Below, in pieces: positions 38,633 to 47,447 of a DNA stretch of 64,000 nucleotides. Where the stretch lies: the NCBI GenBank assembly GCA_030425295.1, contig JAUIAT010000001.1:69392-133391 (forward strand), read 5' to 3'. Below the pieces are notes generated by a model, which saw nothing but the letters and a program-made list of their open reading frames with translations, did no database searches and had not been told where the DNA came from. This stretch comes from Gammaproteobacteria bacterium. Lineage in GTDB: Bacteria > Pseudomonadota > Gammaproteobacteria > JAUIAT01. How positions within the stretch are numbered: position 1 is the first letter of the stretch; each line of letters opens with the position of its first letter. Position numbers and translations under genes: made by a program.

Positions 38633-38984
38633 AACAAAGGATTTGCCAGAAATTCCAAATAAATTATATTTTGGAATTAGTGAGGTTGGAGCGTTGTGTG
38701 CGCTTGAGCCACATGTTCTGCGTTACTGGGAACAGGAGTTTTATCAACTTCGTCCAACTAAAGGTCAGGGTAATCGCCGGTATTATCAGCGAAAAGATAT
38801 TGTTCTTATACGCAGAATTCGTGAGCTTCTTTACGAAAGAGGCTTTACTATTGATGGTGCTCGTAGTCAACTTATGGGTGGTAATAATAAGGATTTAAAT
38901 GCTTCTAAAGCGCGTGAGAGTTATGATAAGTCCCAGCTAATCTCTCAGCTAGAAGAAGTTCTAGAGGCTTTAGAAGGAGCTTAA
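38601..38984 (+). CDS. MerR-family transcriptional regulator
   Basis: The HTH is [25 protein letters not shown]...[11 protein letters not shown] MerR gene after ihfA is a conserved arrangement in gamma-proteobacteria. Confidence 0.8.
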   Translation: MVQKRKKPKAKTKDLPEIPNKLYFGISEVGALCALEPHVLRYWEQEFYQLRPTKGQGNRRYYQRKDIVLIRRIRELLYERGFTIDGARSQLMGGNNKDLNASKARESYDKSQLISQLEEVLEALEGA

Positions 38985-39150
38985 TTAGTTTAAGGTCTGT
39001 TTGAATTAGATCTTTTTTGAGAATGATTTTTTTCTATAGTTTAAAGGTTGTAGGTTAAAGTCATAGACAAAGCTCTTTAAGTGAGCCTTATTTTTCTCGG
39101 TAAAAGGGCTTGCACTATTGATCTAGCAAGCCCGTCACTTATAAAGGCAT

Positions 39151-39227
39151 CGGGGCGTGGCGCAGCCTGGTAGCGCACTTGCATGGGGCGCAAGAGGTCG
39201 CTGGTTCAAATCCAGTCGTCCCGACCA
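39151..39227 (+). tRNA. tRNA-Pro (anticodon GGG)
   Basis: Manual fold: acceptor stem CGGGGCG/CGTCCCG (one G.U pair), U8, D-stem GCGC/GCGC, anticodon stem CTTGC/GCAAG with loop ATGGGGC, T-loop TTCAAAT, and the 3' end encodes A-CCA. Confidence 0.8.
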
Positions 39228-39383
39228 CCATTACTCAGCTTAAGTCATAGTAGACGTAATGCTTGTAAGTATTCGACTTCAATTATTCTCGGCTTATTGT
39301 CACAAGCATTAATCTTAGGTCATCCTGAGCGTAGCTCCTGCAAGGCGTAAAGTCGAAGGATCTGGCATCTTTTGGGTTGGTCT

Positions 39384-39617
39384 CTAGTGAATATAAGTTT
39401 TTTTCAATATTTCATCGTTTGTGGTTGATTGATATAAAGCCTTCAAGCATGCCCGAGTGATAAGTGATTTTAGTTTATATTCTGGGATTTTGTTTGCTAG
39501 AGATATTTGTTTGGATGAGTACCCTTCAAGCCACATTTTAAGATACTCTAGTTCGCGTTCTGTAACCCTATTATCTTTGGTAGTTACAACCTTTATTAAA
39601 GATAGTTCTTTCATCAA
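39384..39617 (-). CDS. Small LuxR/GerE-type HTH protein
   Basis: The 77-aa product has the motif TERELEYLKMWLEGYSSKQISLANKIPEYKLKSLITRACLKAL. Confidence 0.6.
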   Translation of the reverse strand: MMKELSLIKVVTTKDNRVTERELEYLKMWLEGYSSKQISLANKIPEYKLKSLITRACLKALYQSTTNDEILKKTYIH

Positions 39618-39736
39618 TTCCTCCTTAAATTTTTTTAATTAATCCTGAGCGAGCTAGTCGTTTGTGTTGGCTCGAAGTCAATTTTAACCACAGAGGAGTA
39701 AAAGTCAATTATTTTAATACGATTCGGAGTAAAAAA

Positions 39737-40600
39737 TTATTTAGTGCCAAAATAATAGTCTGGTAATTCATTCATTGGTTCAATATTGATTAATAACTTG
39801 TGCCAGTCAGAGGCCGGTATGTCCAAGTCTGCGTTATTAAGGATAGCCGGAGTCTTTGTTTTATTTTGTAATCCACTTAACAGTTCTCTGCTATTTGAGG
39901 TATATGATGCAATATCAAGGTACTCTGCAAGTTGATGGCGTGATGTGATTACAAGGAAAGTAGACTGATCATTTTGATCAACTAGCAAATATCCGTTATT
40001 GGTTTCAGTTAAGTAAAACTCTTTTATCTTGAATTGTTCAATATGGCTTTGGAAGAAATTTTTAAACTTTTGGTTAGCTAGCAAGCTTTTTATGTTAGTT
40101 TCATTGTGTTTGTTTTTTTTGTTCGAGAAGTAACTAAAGAACTTATTTTGTAGTGTAGAAATCATTTCTAAAATTTTATTTGATAAATCTGGGTCGCCTT
40201 TCAGTAAGTACCCATCAATTAATCCTGCGTTAAAAGCATTAATTGCAATATTTAAATCTCCTTCACCGGTTAGTATGATTTTTTTGCAGGGTGAGTCTTT
40301 TAGTTTTTTGCATACTTCAATGCCTGTCGTTTCGGGCATATTATAGTCTGCAATAAGTATGCTAATAGTTTCATGCCGTTTTTTGTTATTTATGTTATTT
40401 GAAGGGTGGTGTGAATTTAAAATTGCTTTGACTGCTTCATTTGGCTTGCAGGTCATTTGAGTTTTATGTTTTCTTGATAGTTTAATGTTGAAATTTTCTA
40501 GGAATTGCAGGTCATCATCTAGCATTAAAACAGTGGTGGGGTAGTAAAATTCAAGCATTACTATCTCCATTGATAATATTGGTAATTTTTTGTGTTGCAA
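39737..40600 (-). CDS. Response regulator: receiver domain plus an uncharacterized C-terminal output domain of about 140 aa
   Basis: The receiver residues are VLMLDDD, ILIADYNMPETTGIE, KKIILTG and GYLLKG. The C-terminal half is Asn/Lys-rich with no recognizable DNA-binding or enzymatic motif. Confidence 0.65.
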   Translation of the reverse strand: MQHKKLPILSMEIVMLEFYYPTTVLMLDDDLQFLENFNIKLSRKHKTQMTCKPNEAVKAILNSHHPSNNINNKKRHETISILIADYNMPETTGIEVCKKLKDSPCKKIILTGEGDLNIAINAFNAGLIDGYLLKGDPDLSNKILEMISTLQNKFFSYFSNKKNKHNETNIKSLLANQKFKNFFQSHIEQFKIKEFYLTETNNGYLLVDQNDQSTFLVITSRHQLAEYLDIASYTSNSRELLSGLQNKTKTPAILNNADLDIPASDWHKLLINIEPMNELPDYYFGTK

Positions 40601-40766
40601 TCAGAGAATTATTAAGCAATTTATTAATTTCTGTTAAATTTTTTAAGTGGTGTTTTGAGTTTTCCGAATCAAGTATTTCTATGGATAGCTCCAGTCCTAA
40701 CTTTATTGTTACAAGTGGGGTTTGTAGGTCGTGTTTTATCTGATCGCAATCGAATGGTTTACTCAA
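40551..40766 (-). CDS. 71-aa stand-alone HisKA (H-box) domain protein
   Basis: It has a canonical H-box IKHDLQTPLVTI within a predicted two-helix DHp-like segment and no ATPase domain. It overlaps both flanking genes by a few codons. Confidence 0.45.
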   Translation of the reverse strand: MSKPFDCDQIKHDLQTPLVTIKLGLELSIEILDSENSKHHLKNLTEINKLLNNSLIATQKITNIINGDSNA

Positions 40767-41562
40767 TATCTTCTCCTAAAATTTTTCTATGCCAGATTAT
40801 TTTTGCAGCTGAGGAAATTTCAACGTTATGAATGATTGGTTCAGTTACTGTTGTCTTAGGGTTAATGCAGATTAAACTGAACTTGTTGCCTTCTTTGGTA
40901 GCTCTTATATTTCTAGCGACAATCTGTCCATTAGCCAAGTGTATAATACAGTTTTGATGTATTAATTTTTTTATGTCTTCGCCATTAAGGGGAGTGCCAG
41001 CTACTAGATCACCCTTTTCGTATATTGGTTCCATACCGTCATCATATATTTTAAGATCAATAGAGTTTGGGTGATTTTTACGAAATAGCAGTAGTTCAGT
41101 GTTAGCATAACTCTCATCATGTTGGATATGGGTTGTCTCAAGGGGTTGCTGTGTACTGGAAATTGGAGCGTAGTTTTCAAGAACCTTGGGCGCATTACCT
41201 ATTTCGTGAAGTAGCCAATCAATCGTTGCTTCAATTCCACATTGCTTTGTGGCTAAGATGACTTTTTTTGCTCCATCGCGAGGTAGGCCGCCATAGCGAG
41301 CTAATTCCCAGCCTTTGAATGTATTAACGTTTATCCCTGCTTTTTCGCAAAGCTCTTTGCGACTGAGATTGGCAAGATTTCGCACCCGCCTTAAACGGCT
41401 AGCCCTAGCTTGTGGTGTAGACTTTTCGTCCTCGATTATAACTTTTTTTATGGGCTGGCTGTCCATTTGATGCTTTTGTCCTTTTGGGTTGTTTGAGTAT
41501 TTTATATCCGAATCGGAGTAAAGGCAACTGGATTTAGTGTGTAAAATGTTTCTTGACTTCAA
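40759..41562 (-). CDS. XRE-family HTH plus C-terminal LexA/CI-like (S24 peptidase-like) domain regulator
   Basis: The HTH is LRRVRNLANLSRKELCEKAGINVNTFKGWE. The C-terminal motif DDGMEPIYEKGDLVAG resembles the CI/LexA motif GDSMxP...GD, but Gly replaces the catalytic Ser. Confidence 0.6.
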   Translation of the reverse strand: MKSRNILHTKSSCLYSDSDIKYSNNPKGQKHQMDSQPIKKVIIEDEKSTPQARASRLRRVRNLANLSRKELCEKAGINVNTFKGWELARYGGLPRDGAKKVILATKQCGIEATIDWLLHEIGNAPKVLENYAPISSTQQPLETTHIQHDESYANTELLLFRKNHPNSIDLKIYDDGMEPIYEKGDLVAGTPLNGEDIKKLIHQNCIIHLANGQIVARNIRATKEGNKFSLICINPKTTVTEPIIHNVEISSAAKIIWHRKILGEDIE

Positions 41563-41619
41563 ATTTTACTCCGCTTAGCATTGTTTGTCTGAAATTTAAG
41601 AAGAAGGACTTATATTGTT

Positions 41620-42327
41620 ATGTTGACTGAAGCTTTTACTAGAGGGCAGTTGTTGTATAAAGCACAGGCTGAAGATTTTGATGATGACTTTGATTTTTAC
41701 TATCAATTTTGCAAAGGGAAGCAAACTTTAGAGTTGTTTGCTGGGTATGGTCGTCTTGCAAATTATTTGTCATCAAAAAATGTGAATATTGAAACAGTAG
41801 AGCTGTTATCCGGCCTTTCAAAATTTATTAATATACCTGAAAATAAAAAACACATATCAGATGTTTTAAAGTTTAGTCCGCAAAAAAAGTATGAGCGAAT
41901 TATTGCTGGTTATAACTCTTTTTGTCTGCTCTTAGGTGATGAGAATTCAAAGAATTTTTTTAAACTAATTAGTGATTGGCTGACTGATGACGGCTTAGCA
42001 TCTCTTAATTACTATCATCAGGATTACTGGGCTGATGCTGTGGCTTATGACTTTGATTGCTATGGTGAGAAAATTAAATATACACCACACTTTGATCTTT
42101 CCAATGCTGATAATGGGCAGGGTTTCTGGATAGATTATTATGACTCTGAAGAAAATGGCCGAACTGAAGTAAAATATGAAACTAAGATTTACCAAGAAAA
42201 TGATATTCTTGAGTGCATTGATGAAGCTGGATTGGAGTTGGTTGAAACTGTACGAGAATTTGGATCAGATGCATCTGAAATAAAAGAGCCCGGATGGATT
42301 GATTATGTTGTTAGAAAGAAAAATTAA
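41620..42327 (+). CDS. Class I SAM-dependent methyltransferase
   Basis: Motif I is TLELFAGYGRLANYL and an acidic post-I motif is present. The product is 235 aa, and the gene overlaps the next gene by 29 bp. Confidence 0.6.
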   Translation: MLTEAFTRGQLLYKAQAEDFDDDFDFYYQFCKGKQTLELFAGYGRLANYLSSKNVNIETVELLSGLSKFINIPENKKHISDVLKFSPQKKYERIIAGYNSFCLLLGDENSKNFFKLISDWLTDDGLASLNYYHQDYWADAVAYDFDCYGEKIKYTPHFDLSNADNGQGFWIDYYDSEENGRTEVKYETKIYQENDILECIDEAGLELVETVREFGSDASEIKEPGWIDYVVRKKN

Positions 42328-43378
42328 GTCCGTTTTCCAGTGTTTTTGTTTGGTTGTCTTATTGTTTTGGTGGCAGTTAGCTTTGCCAGATTCGTCCCAT
42401 GACCGGATCAATATGCTAACATGGTGGGGTTATTTTGATAATCCTGCCGTGGTGAAAAGCATCGAAAAACAATGTAGTGTGAAAGTCTCTTTTGATGATT
42501 ACTACTCAAATCAAGAATTTTTGCGTAGATTGAATTCTTCGGTATCTAGTTATGATATTGCGATTTTTTCAAGTACGATCTATAACCTTGTGAAAGATAA
42601 GGTTTCTCTTAAGAGCTCCCCTTTGCACTTGGTGACTAAAAATTACTTACCAGCGATTAGAAAATATTATGTAAATGGTGGCTATGCCCCCAATGTTGTA
42701 TTTTTCAATCATTCAGTTTCGGGTTTCTTATGGAACCCGAAGGTTGTTAACCTCACTGAGAAAGACTCTATTGCAGAAATATTTAAAAAGGCTAGTGGCA
42801 AGAAGGTTAATGTTATTGACGATCCTGTAGAAGTTTGGAATATATTGAACTTAGGACTAAATGATGGATCTTTTGTTTGGGATGATAGTGGCGCTAAAAA
42901 TATTTATCCTCTAACGTTAAAAAGATTTAGAGAGCTCACAAATAAAAATGAAGTTTTTGTTGAAAATGATTTTAGAAATATCCTTTTAGATAAAGATTTT
43001 GCCTTATCTTTTTCATGGAGTGGGGATGCTATCCTTGCTATGTTTTTTAGTGAGGGAAGGGGTTTTAGATTCTTAGTTCACCCTAAACTGTCATATATTA
43101 CAAGTGATTTATTAGCTGCTAGAAGTAATGATAGTAAGGTATTATGTGTGGCTAACTTTCTATCTAGCAAGCAGTTTTTATCTAAGATTAATAGATCGCT
43201 TAATTATTTATCTCCCTATGGTTTGGATGATGGCAATCAAAATAAGTATTATCGTGAGGTGTATGAAAAGGTATTATCCAATATGGACAAATTTTCATGG
43301 GTGAAGCCAATTAAAAATGAGGATTTTAAGGCCCTTCTATCAGCTTGGTATAACATTAAGTTTGAGCTTATTAAATGA
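42299..43378 (+). CDS. Periplasmic solute-binding-like protein (signal anchor followed by a PBP-like fold)
   Basis: It has an N-terminal hydrophobic signal and alternating beta/alpha composition. It is translationally coupled (ATGA overlap) to the downstream sensor kinase. Confidence 0.45.
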   Translation: MIMLLERKIKSVFQCFCLVVLLFWWQLALPDSSHDRINMLTWWGYFDNPAVVKSIEKQCSVKVSFDDYYSNQEFLRRLNSSVSSYDIAIFSSTIYNLVKDKVSLKSSPLHLVTKNYLPAIRKYYVNGGYAPNVVFFNHSVSGFLWNPKVVNLTEKDSIAEIFKKASGKKVNVIDDPVEVWNILNLGLNDGSFVWDDSGAKNIYPLTLKRFRELTNKNEVFVENDFRNILLDKDFALSFSWSGDAILAMFFSEGRGFRFLVHPKLSYITSDLLAARSNDSKVLCVANFLSSKQFLSKINRSLNYLSPYGLDDGNQNKYYREVYEKVLSNMDKFSWVKPIKNEDFKALLSAWYNIKFELIK

Positions 43379-45258
43379 CGGTTGTTGTGAAAACGATAGC
43401 CGACATACCAAAAGCAATTCGCTCAAGCGTTTTTTTATCACTCATAGTCGCCATAATTTTATCTTTAGCTGCATTAAATTACGTTTATTTTCTTGATCAT
43501 AAAAGGCAGGTTCAGCTAAATCAGCAGAAACTTGCTTCTGATATTTCGCTATTTAAATCTCATTTATCAGAAAAATTAAGTATTATAGCTAGCTCTAATG
43601 AGTTTATGGATTATCTGCGTTCCGGGGAGGTTAGTCGAGAAGAGAATTGGCCGCAATTTTTATTTTCAATGCGCAGTTTGAAAGCTACACCAGTAGTAGG
43701 TTTTAGAATTGAAGAGGGTAGAGGTGATGTTGTTTTTCAAAGGGGGAGAGTTACCGATTCGTTTGTTATTTTAGGTGTTTGTTATTTAGATAAATCTTTA
43801 AATGGTGATTATGGGGTTTGTAGGAATAGTTGGTATTTATATCTGGATCCTGCAAAGGTGAAGTCTGAGCTCATAAAATTAAACTCTAAAATAAAAAGCT
43901 GCGATTCTTGTCAACCTGTAAATGTTCTTGAAGGGGATTTGCTTGGTAGTTTTCCCGTTATGAGTAGCGGTAATTTGCCTCTAAAAATTGAAATTCCAAC
44001 TAAGACAGGTTATGTCTTTATCTTATCAAATATTTTTCTTGTTCTTACTTTGGTTGTATTGACTTTGTGGAATTGGCGTAGAACAGATTTTCTTTTTGAT
44101 CGCTATATTTCATGGCCAATTGCAAATATTACTCGCCACTTAAAGAAAGGATCAATTGTTGAGGGTACTCCCTATGATGTTGAGGAAATAACTTACTTAA
44201 TTGCGCAAATTGAAAAATGGAAAATTAGGTTTGTTGAGGCTCAGGGCAAAGAAAAAGAGGCCGAAATTGGTAGGCTAGTTAATTTAATTTTGCATGATAT
44301 CCGTTCCCCTCTTTGCGTGCTTGAAACATTATTTGCTACAAATAAAGCTTGCTTTGATGTTCGTAGTTATCAATTGGTATCTCAAGCTTTAGATTCTTTA
44401 AAAAATATATCTTTATCTGTTCTTGATGACTTCAAAGGTAGGGGGTCTCCAACCTTAATGGCGATTTCTGTGGTTGATTTAGAGTCATCAATAAAGCAGT
44501 TGGTTGAAGAGAAAAAATATCAGCATGGTCTGGAGAGTGTGTCTATAAGGTTTGAGTCTAAGCTATGTGAAGTTGAAGAATATGTGAAAATTAACAAGTT
44601 AGCTGCCAGACGAGTATTGTCAAACTTGATTGATAACGCGGTTGAGGCTTTTGATGGGCAAGGTGATAAATTTGTTGTAATAAAGCTCAATAATGAAAAC
44701 AACTTTATTAATATTTTAATTTTAGATAATGCAAAAGGAATAGCCCCGGATGATGTTAATAAGGTATTAAAAGGTGGGTTTACCACAAAAGATTATGGTT
44801 ACGGTATGGGGGTGTCTTCAGCGGTTAAATTTGCTCGAGATATTGGGGGAGACTTGCTTATAGAATCTGAGCTTGGAGTTGGCACTAAAGTAACTTTAAG
44901 TTTACCGATAAGTGATAATTTAGTTGTTGAAAAGGATGGAGCTAAACCTGACTTGATTCTTTTGGATAATGATAAGTTAATAACGGAGACTTGGGTTGTG
45001 AAAGCAAAGCTGCGTGGTAAGAATATTTTAACTTTTAGTGATGTTTGTAAATTTTTGAATTATCTAGAAGGCGGCGACAAAAATATTCCTATATACCTTG
45101 ATTCAGATTTAGGGGTTGATGTTCGAGGTGAAGACTTGGCTCTTGAATTAAGTAAAAAAGGTCATGTGAATATATACTTAACTACAGGTTTTTGTCGCTC
45201 TCAATTTGAGTCTATGAGTTTTCTTTCAGGAGTTATTGGTAAATCTCCACCGTTTTAA
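43375..45258 (+). CDS. Hybrid sensor histidine kinase (2 TM, periplasmic domain, HisKA, HATPase_c and a C-terminal receiver-like domain)
   Basis: The H-box is LILHDIRSPLCVLE. The N, G1 and G2 boxes are NLIDNAVEAF, DNAKGI and GYGMGV. The C-terminal segment PDLILLDNDK...IYLDSDLG resembles a receiver domain. Confidence 0.75.
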   Translation: MTVVVKTIADIPKAIRSSVFLSLIVAIILSLAALNYVYFLDHKRQVQLNQQKLASDISLFKSHLSEKLSIIASSNEFMDYLRSGEVSREENWPQFLFSMRSLKATPVVGFRIEEGRGDVVFQRGRVTDSFVILGVCYLDKSLNGDYGVCRNSWYLYLDPAKVKSELIKLNSKIKSCDSCQPVNVLEGDLLGSFPVMSSGNLPLKIEIPTKTGYVFILSNIFLVLTLVVLTLWNWRRTDFLFDRYISWPIANITRHLKKGSIVEGTPYDVEEITYLIAQIEKWKIRFVEAQGKEKEAEIGRLVNLILHDIRSPLCVLETLFATNKACFDVRSYQLVSQALDSLKNISLSVLDDFKGRGSPTLMAISVVDLESSIKQLVEEKKYQHGLESVSIRFESKLCEVEEYVKINKLAARRVLSNLIDNAVEAFDGQGDKFVVIKLNNENNFINILILDNAKGIAPDDVNKVLKGGFTTKDYGYGMGVSSAVKFARDIGGDLLIESELGVGTKVTLSLPISDNLVVEKDGAKPDLILLDNDKLITETWVVKAKLRGKNILTFSDVCKFLNYLEGGDKNIPIYLDSDLGVDVRGEDLALELSKKGHVNIYLTTGFCRSQFESMSFLSGVIGKSPPF

Positions 45259-45302
45259 TTTGAATATCAACTGTATAAATTTAGCTGCATTTGCCTCACC
45301 GC

Positions 45303-45382
45303 TAGGGGTTGTTGACAGCTGGTGCTGTAAAGCGAAAATATATAGAAATTTCAGCTGTAAGGTCACTTGTCAACAGGCTTTA
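45303..45382. mobile_element. Internally deleted copy (about 80 bp) of the 163-bp MITE family
   Basis: The left end taggggttgttgacagctgg and right end cacttgtcaacaggcttta are retained, together with the internal aaagcgaaaatat block. Confidence 0.6.
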
Positions 45383-45736
45383 AACTATGAACTCAATTTC
45401 TTCTTGGTCTTCCGGAGTTGTATATAGTGCATCTTCTTCGTTGTATAGCTCATGCATACCGTTTGTTTCGTTTTCACTATCATATTCAATACTATTAGTC
45501 TGTCTTGTATACAAGGAATTTCTATTTCTTGTGATTGAGTGAGCCGTAATGCCGCAGGCGCCAATGCTAGCCCCAGTAATTAAGCCAAAAAAACCACCTT
45601 TTATTGGGTTTGCGCCCAATAAATAACAGGCTGATGCCGTAAAAATTACTCCGCTAGAAGTTGTGAGTATTGTTAGTAGGATTTTGTGGCTTGTATTGTT
45701 ATTTTCTCTTCCCATCTCAAGTGCTGCATTGATCAT
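45380..45736 (-). CDS. Hypothetical glycine-zipper membrane protein with an acidic C-terminus
   Basis: It has two TM helices with GxxxG motifs. The product is 118 aa. Confidence 0.4.
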   Translation of the reverse strand: MINAALEMGRENNNTSHKILLTILTTSSGVIFTASACYLLGANPIKGGFFGLITGASIGACGITAHSITRNRNSLYTRQTNSIEYDSENETNGMHELYNEEDALYTTPEDQEEIEFIV

Positions 45737-45764
45737 TGCTTTGCCCTATTATCGTTTTGTGAGG

Positions 45765-46250
45765 CTAGTCTCTGAAGTTGTTAAATTGAAGAGGTAGTTC
45801 TAGTTTCGATTCTTTGAAAAAAGCTATAACGCTCTGAAGATCATCACGTTTTTTGCCAGTTACTCTGACTTGTTCGCCTTGAATCGAGGCTTGAACTTTC
45901 AGTTTTTGATCTTTGATCATTTTTACAATCATTTTGCCATCTTCTTTGGAAATGCCCTGGCGAAGCTTTATCTCTTGAGTGGCTGTTTTCATTTGAATGT
46001 CTGGAGTCTGGATATCGAGGTGGTTTAAGTCAATACCTCTTTTGACGAATTTGCTTTGCAAAATGTCTATCATTTGCTTCAGTTGAAAGTCGCTTTCAGT
46101 TTTCATCTTGATTGAATCTTCGCCAACTAGTTCATAGGATGCATCGCAGCCTTTAAAGTCATAACGATTTGTTACTTCGCGGTTTGCTTGGTCAACTGCG
46201 TTAGTTACTTCATGCATATCGATTTCACATACAATGTCAAAAGAAGGCAT
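45765..46250 (-). CDS. yajQ: YajQ-family nucleotide-binding protein (UPF0234)
   Basis: The 161-aa product begins MPSFDIVCEIDMHEVTNAVDQANREV..., the characteristic YajQ N-terminus. Confidence 0.85.
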   Translation of the reverse strand: MPSFDIVCEIDMHEVTNAVDQANREVTNRYDFKGCDASYELVGEDSIKMKTESDFQLKQMIDILQSKFVKRGIDLNHLDIQTPDIQMKTATQEIKLRQGISKEDGKMIVKMIKDQKLKVQASIQGEQVRVTGKKRDDLQSVIAFFKESKLELPLQFNNFRD

Positions 46251-46278
46251 TATTGTCTCCTGAGTCTTAAATTTATAC

Positions 46279-46440
46279 TAGGGTCTGCTGGCAATTGGTA
46301 TTGCAAAGCGAAAATATCTAAAATGCAGTAAAAATTTGTCCTTTAATTAGGAGAATAGTCTCTCTATTTAACGAATTAAAGGGTAAATTTCACAAATTAT
46401 AGAGATTTGTAGCTGTAAGACCAATTGCTAACAGATCCTA
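46279..46440. mobile_element. MITE (162 bp) with 20-bp terminal inverted repeats, full copy A
   Basis: The left TIR is tagggtctgctggcaattgg and the right TIR is ccaattgctaacagatccta. It is about 85% identical over its full length to the copy at 53213-53375. Confidence 0.8.
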
Positions 46441-46549
46441 TCTAAGTTTACAATAATTGGTCGTTTAATCCAACCTAAAAACCTATTGGTGCTGTCATTT
46501 TGGAGTTAAATGTAGTATAATTATCAATGTGGAAAACACCCAGTTTATG

Positions 46550-46926
46550 GGGGCGACAAGGTTTCGACGTTTGTGATGAAACCGGAGGAGCATGTCGAGC
46601 ACTGTGATCTTGCTCGTAAAAACAGGTTACAATTAAATATAATTGCAAACGAAAGCAATTTCTACGCTGAAGCAGACTTCGCAGAAGCTGCTTAAATAAA
46701 AAGCTAGCCGTCACCTAGATTTGCTTATGGGTTTAGAATGACGGTCATTTACATAAGATAGTTTTTCGCCCTTGGCTCGAGGGTGGATTGCGAAAATTTT
46801 AGGGCTCGCAACTTGTGCTCCCTGCTCGTTGGGGAACAGGTTGTTAAAAATAATAGACGAGCTAAGCATGTAGCGCCAAAGGCGTAGCATTAGCGGACGC
46901 GGGTTCGATTCCCGCCGCCTCCACCA
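46550..46926 (+). ncRNA. ssrA: tmRNA (ssrA)
   Basis: The 5' end is GGGGCGACAAGGTTTCGACG and the tRNA-like 3' end is GGACGCGGGTTCGATTCCCGCCGCCTCCACCA. The internal tag reading frame gcaaacgaaagcaatttctacgctgaagcagacttcgcagaagctgcttaa encodes ANESNFYAEADFAEAA-stop. The ORF 46475..46714(-) is spurious. Confidence 0.9.
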
Positions 46927-46959
46927 TATCAGGATTTATTGTGATCCTAAAACATCTAA

Positions 46960-46990
46960 AAGCCCTTGTTTCTGAGGGCTTTTTTAATTG
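46960..46990 (+). terminator. Rho-independent terminator after ssrA
   Basis: The hairpin aaagcccttgtttctgagggcttt is followed by a T-run. Confidence 0.7.
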
Positions 46991-47447
46991 TCATTCATCT
47001 CAAGAAGTTCAACAAGTGTCCCCCCAAGATCCAGTGCTGAGTGGGGGTATATTTACGGGTATCTGTATGCCCCGATAAGGAGATACCCCCAATGCCTATA
47101 GCCTCAGCAAAATAGAAGTTTCGCACTTTGTAAGAAACTCAAGTCTCAATGGGGTTTCAAAAGGGGAGGGCATTGCCTCTTCCCTTTGGTCGCTGTCCTC
47201 GCGAATTTATTTCGCGCAGGCGATGTATTAAAGGAAGGAGTGAGCACGAAGTGTGAATCTCCTGTAAGTTCCCAAAGAATTGCACCGAAACGCCATCCTT
47301 AAATCTAAAGAGAAACTTTTACATGTTTTAACATGCTCGGTAAGTTATTGTGCAAATTTAGATGCGTTTAACCTGGTTTTTTATCCCTTTATACTAATGC
47401 TAGAGTGATTGTGGTAGTATAAAAATTAGCTTTTAAGTTAAAGGGAG

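Noticed and set aside
39228..39383. A phage-type integrase or att duplication next to tRNA-Pro.
   Set aside because: No integrase ORF and no repeat of the tRNA-Pro 3' end could be found within the window. Island status rests on composition and gene content only.
46475..46714. A 79-aa ORF on the minus strand.
   Set aside because: It lies entirely within the tmRNA (ssrA) gene on the opposite strand and is a spurious ORF.
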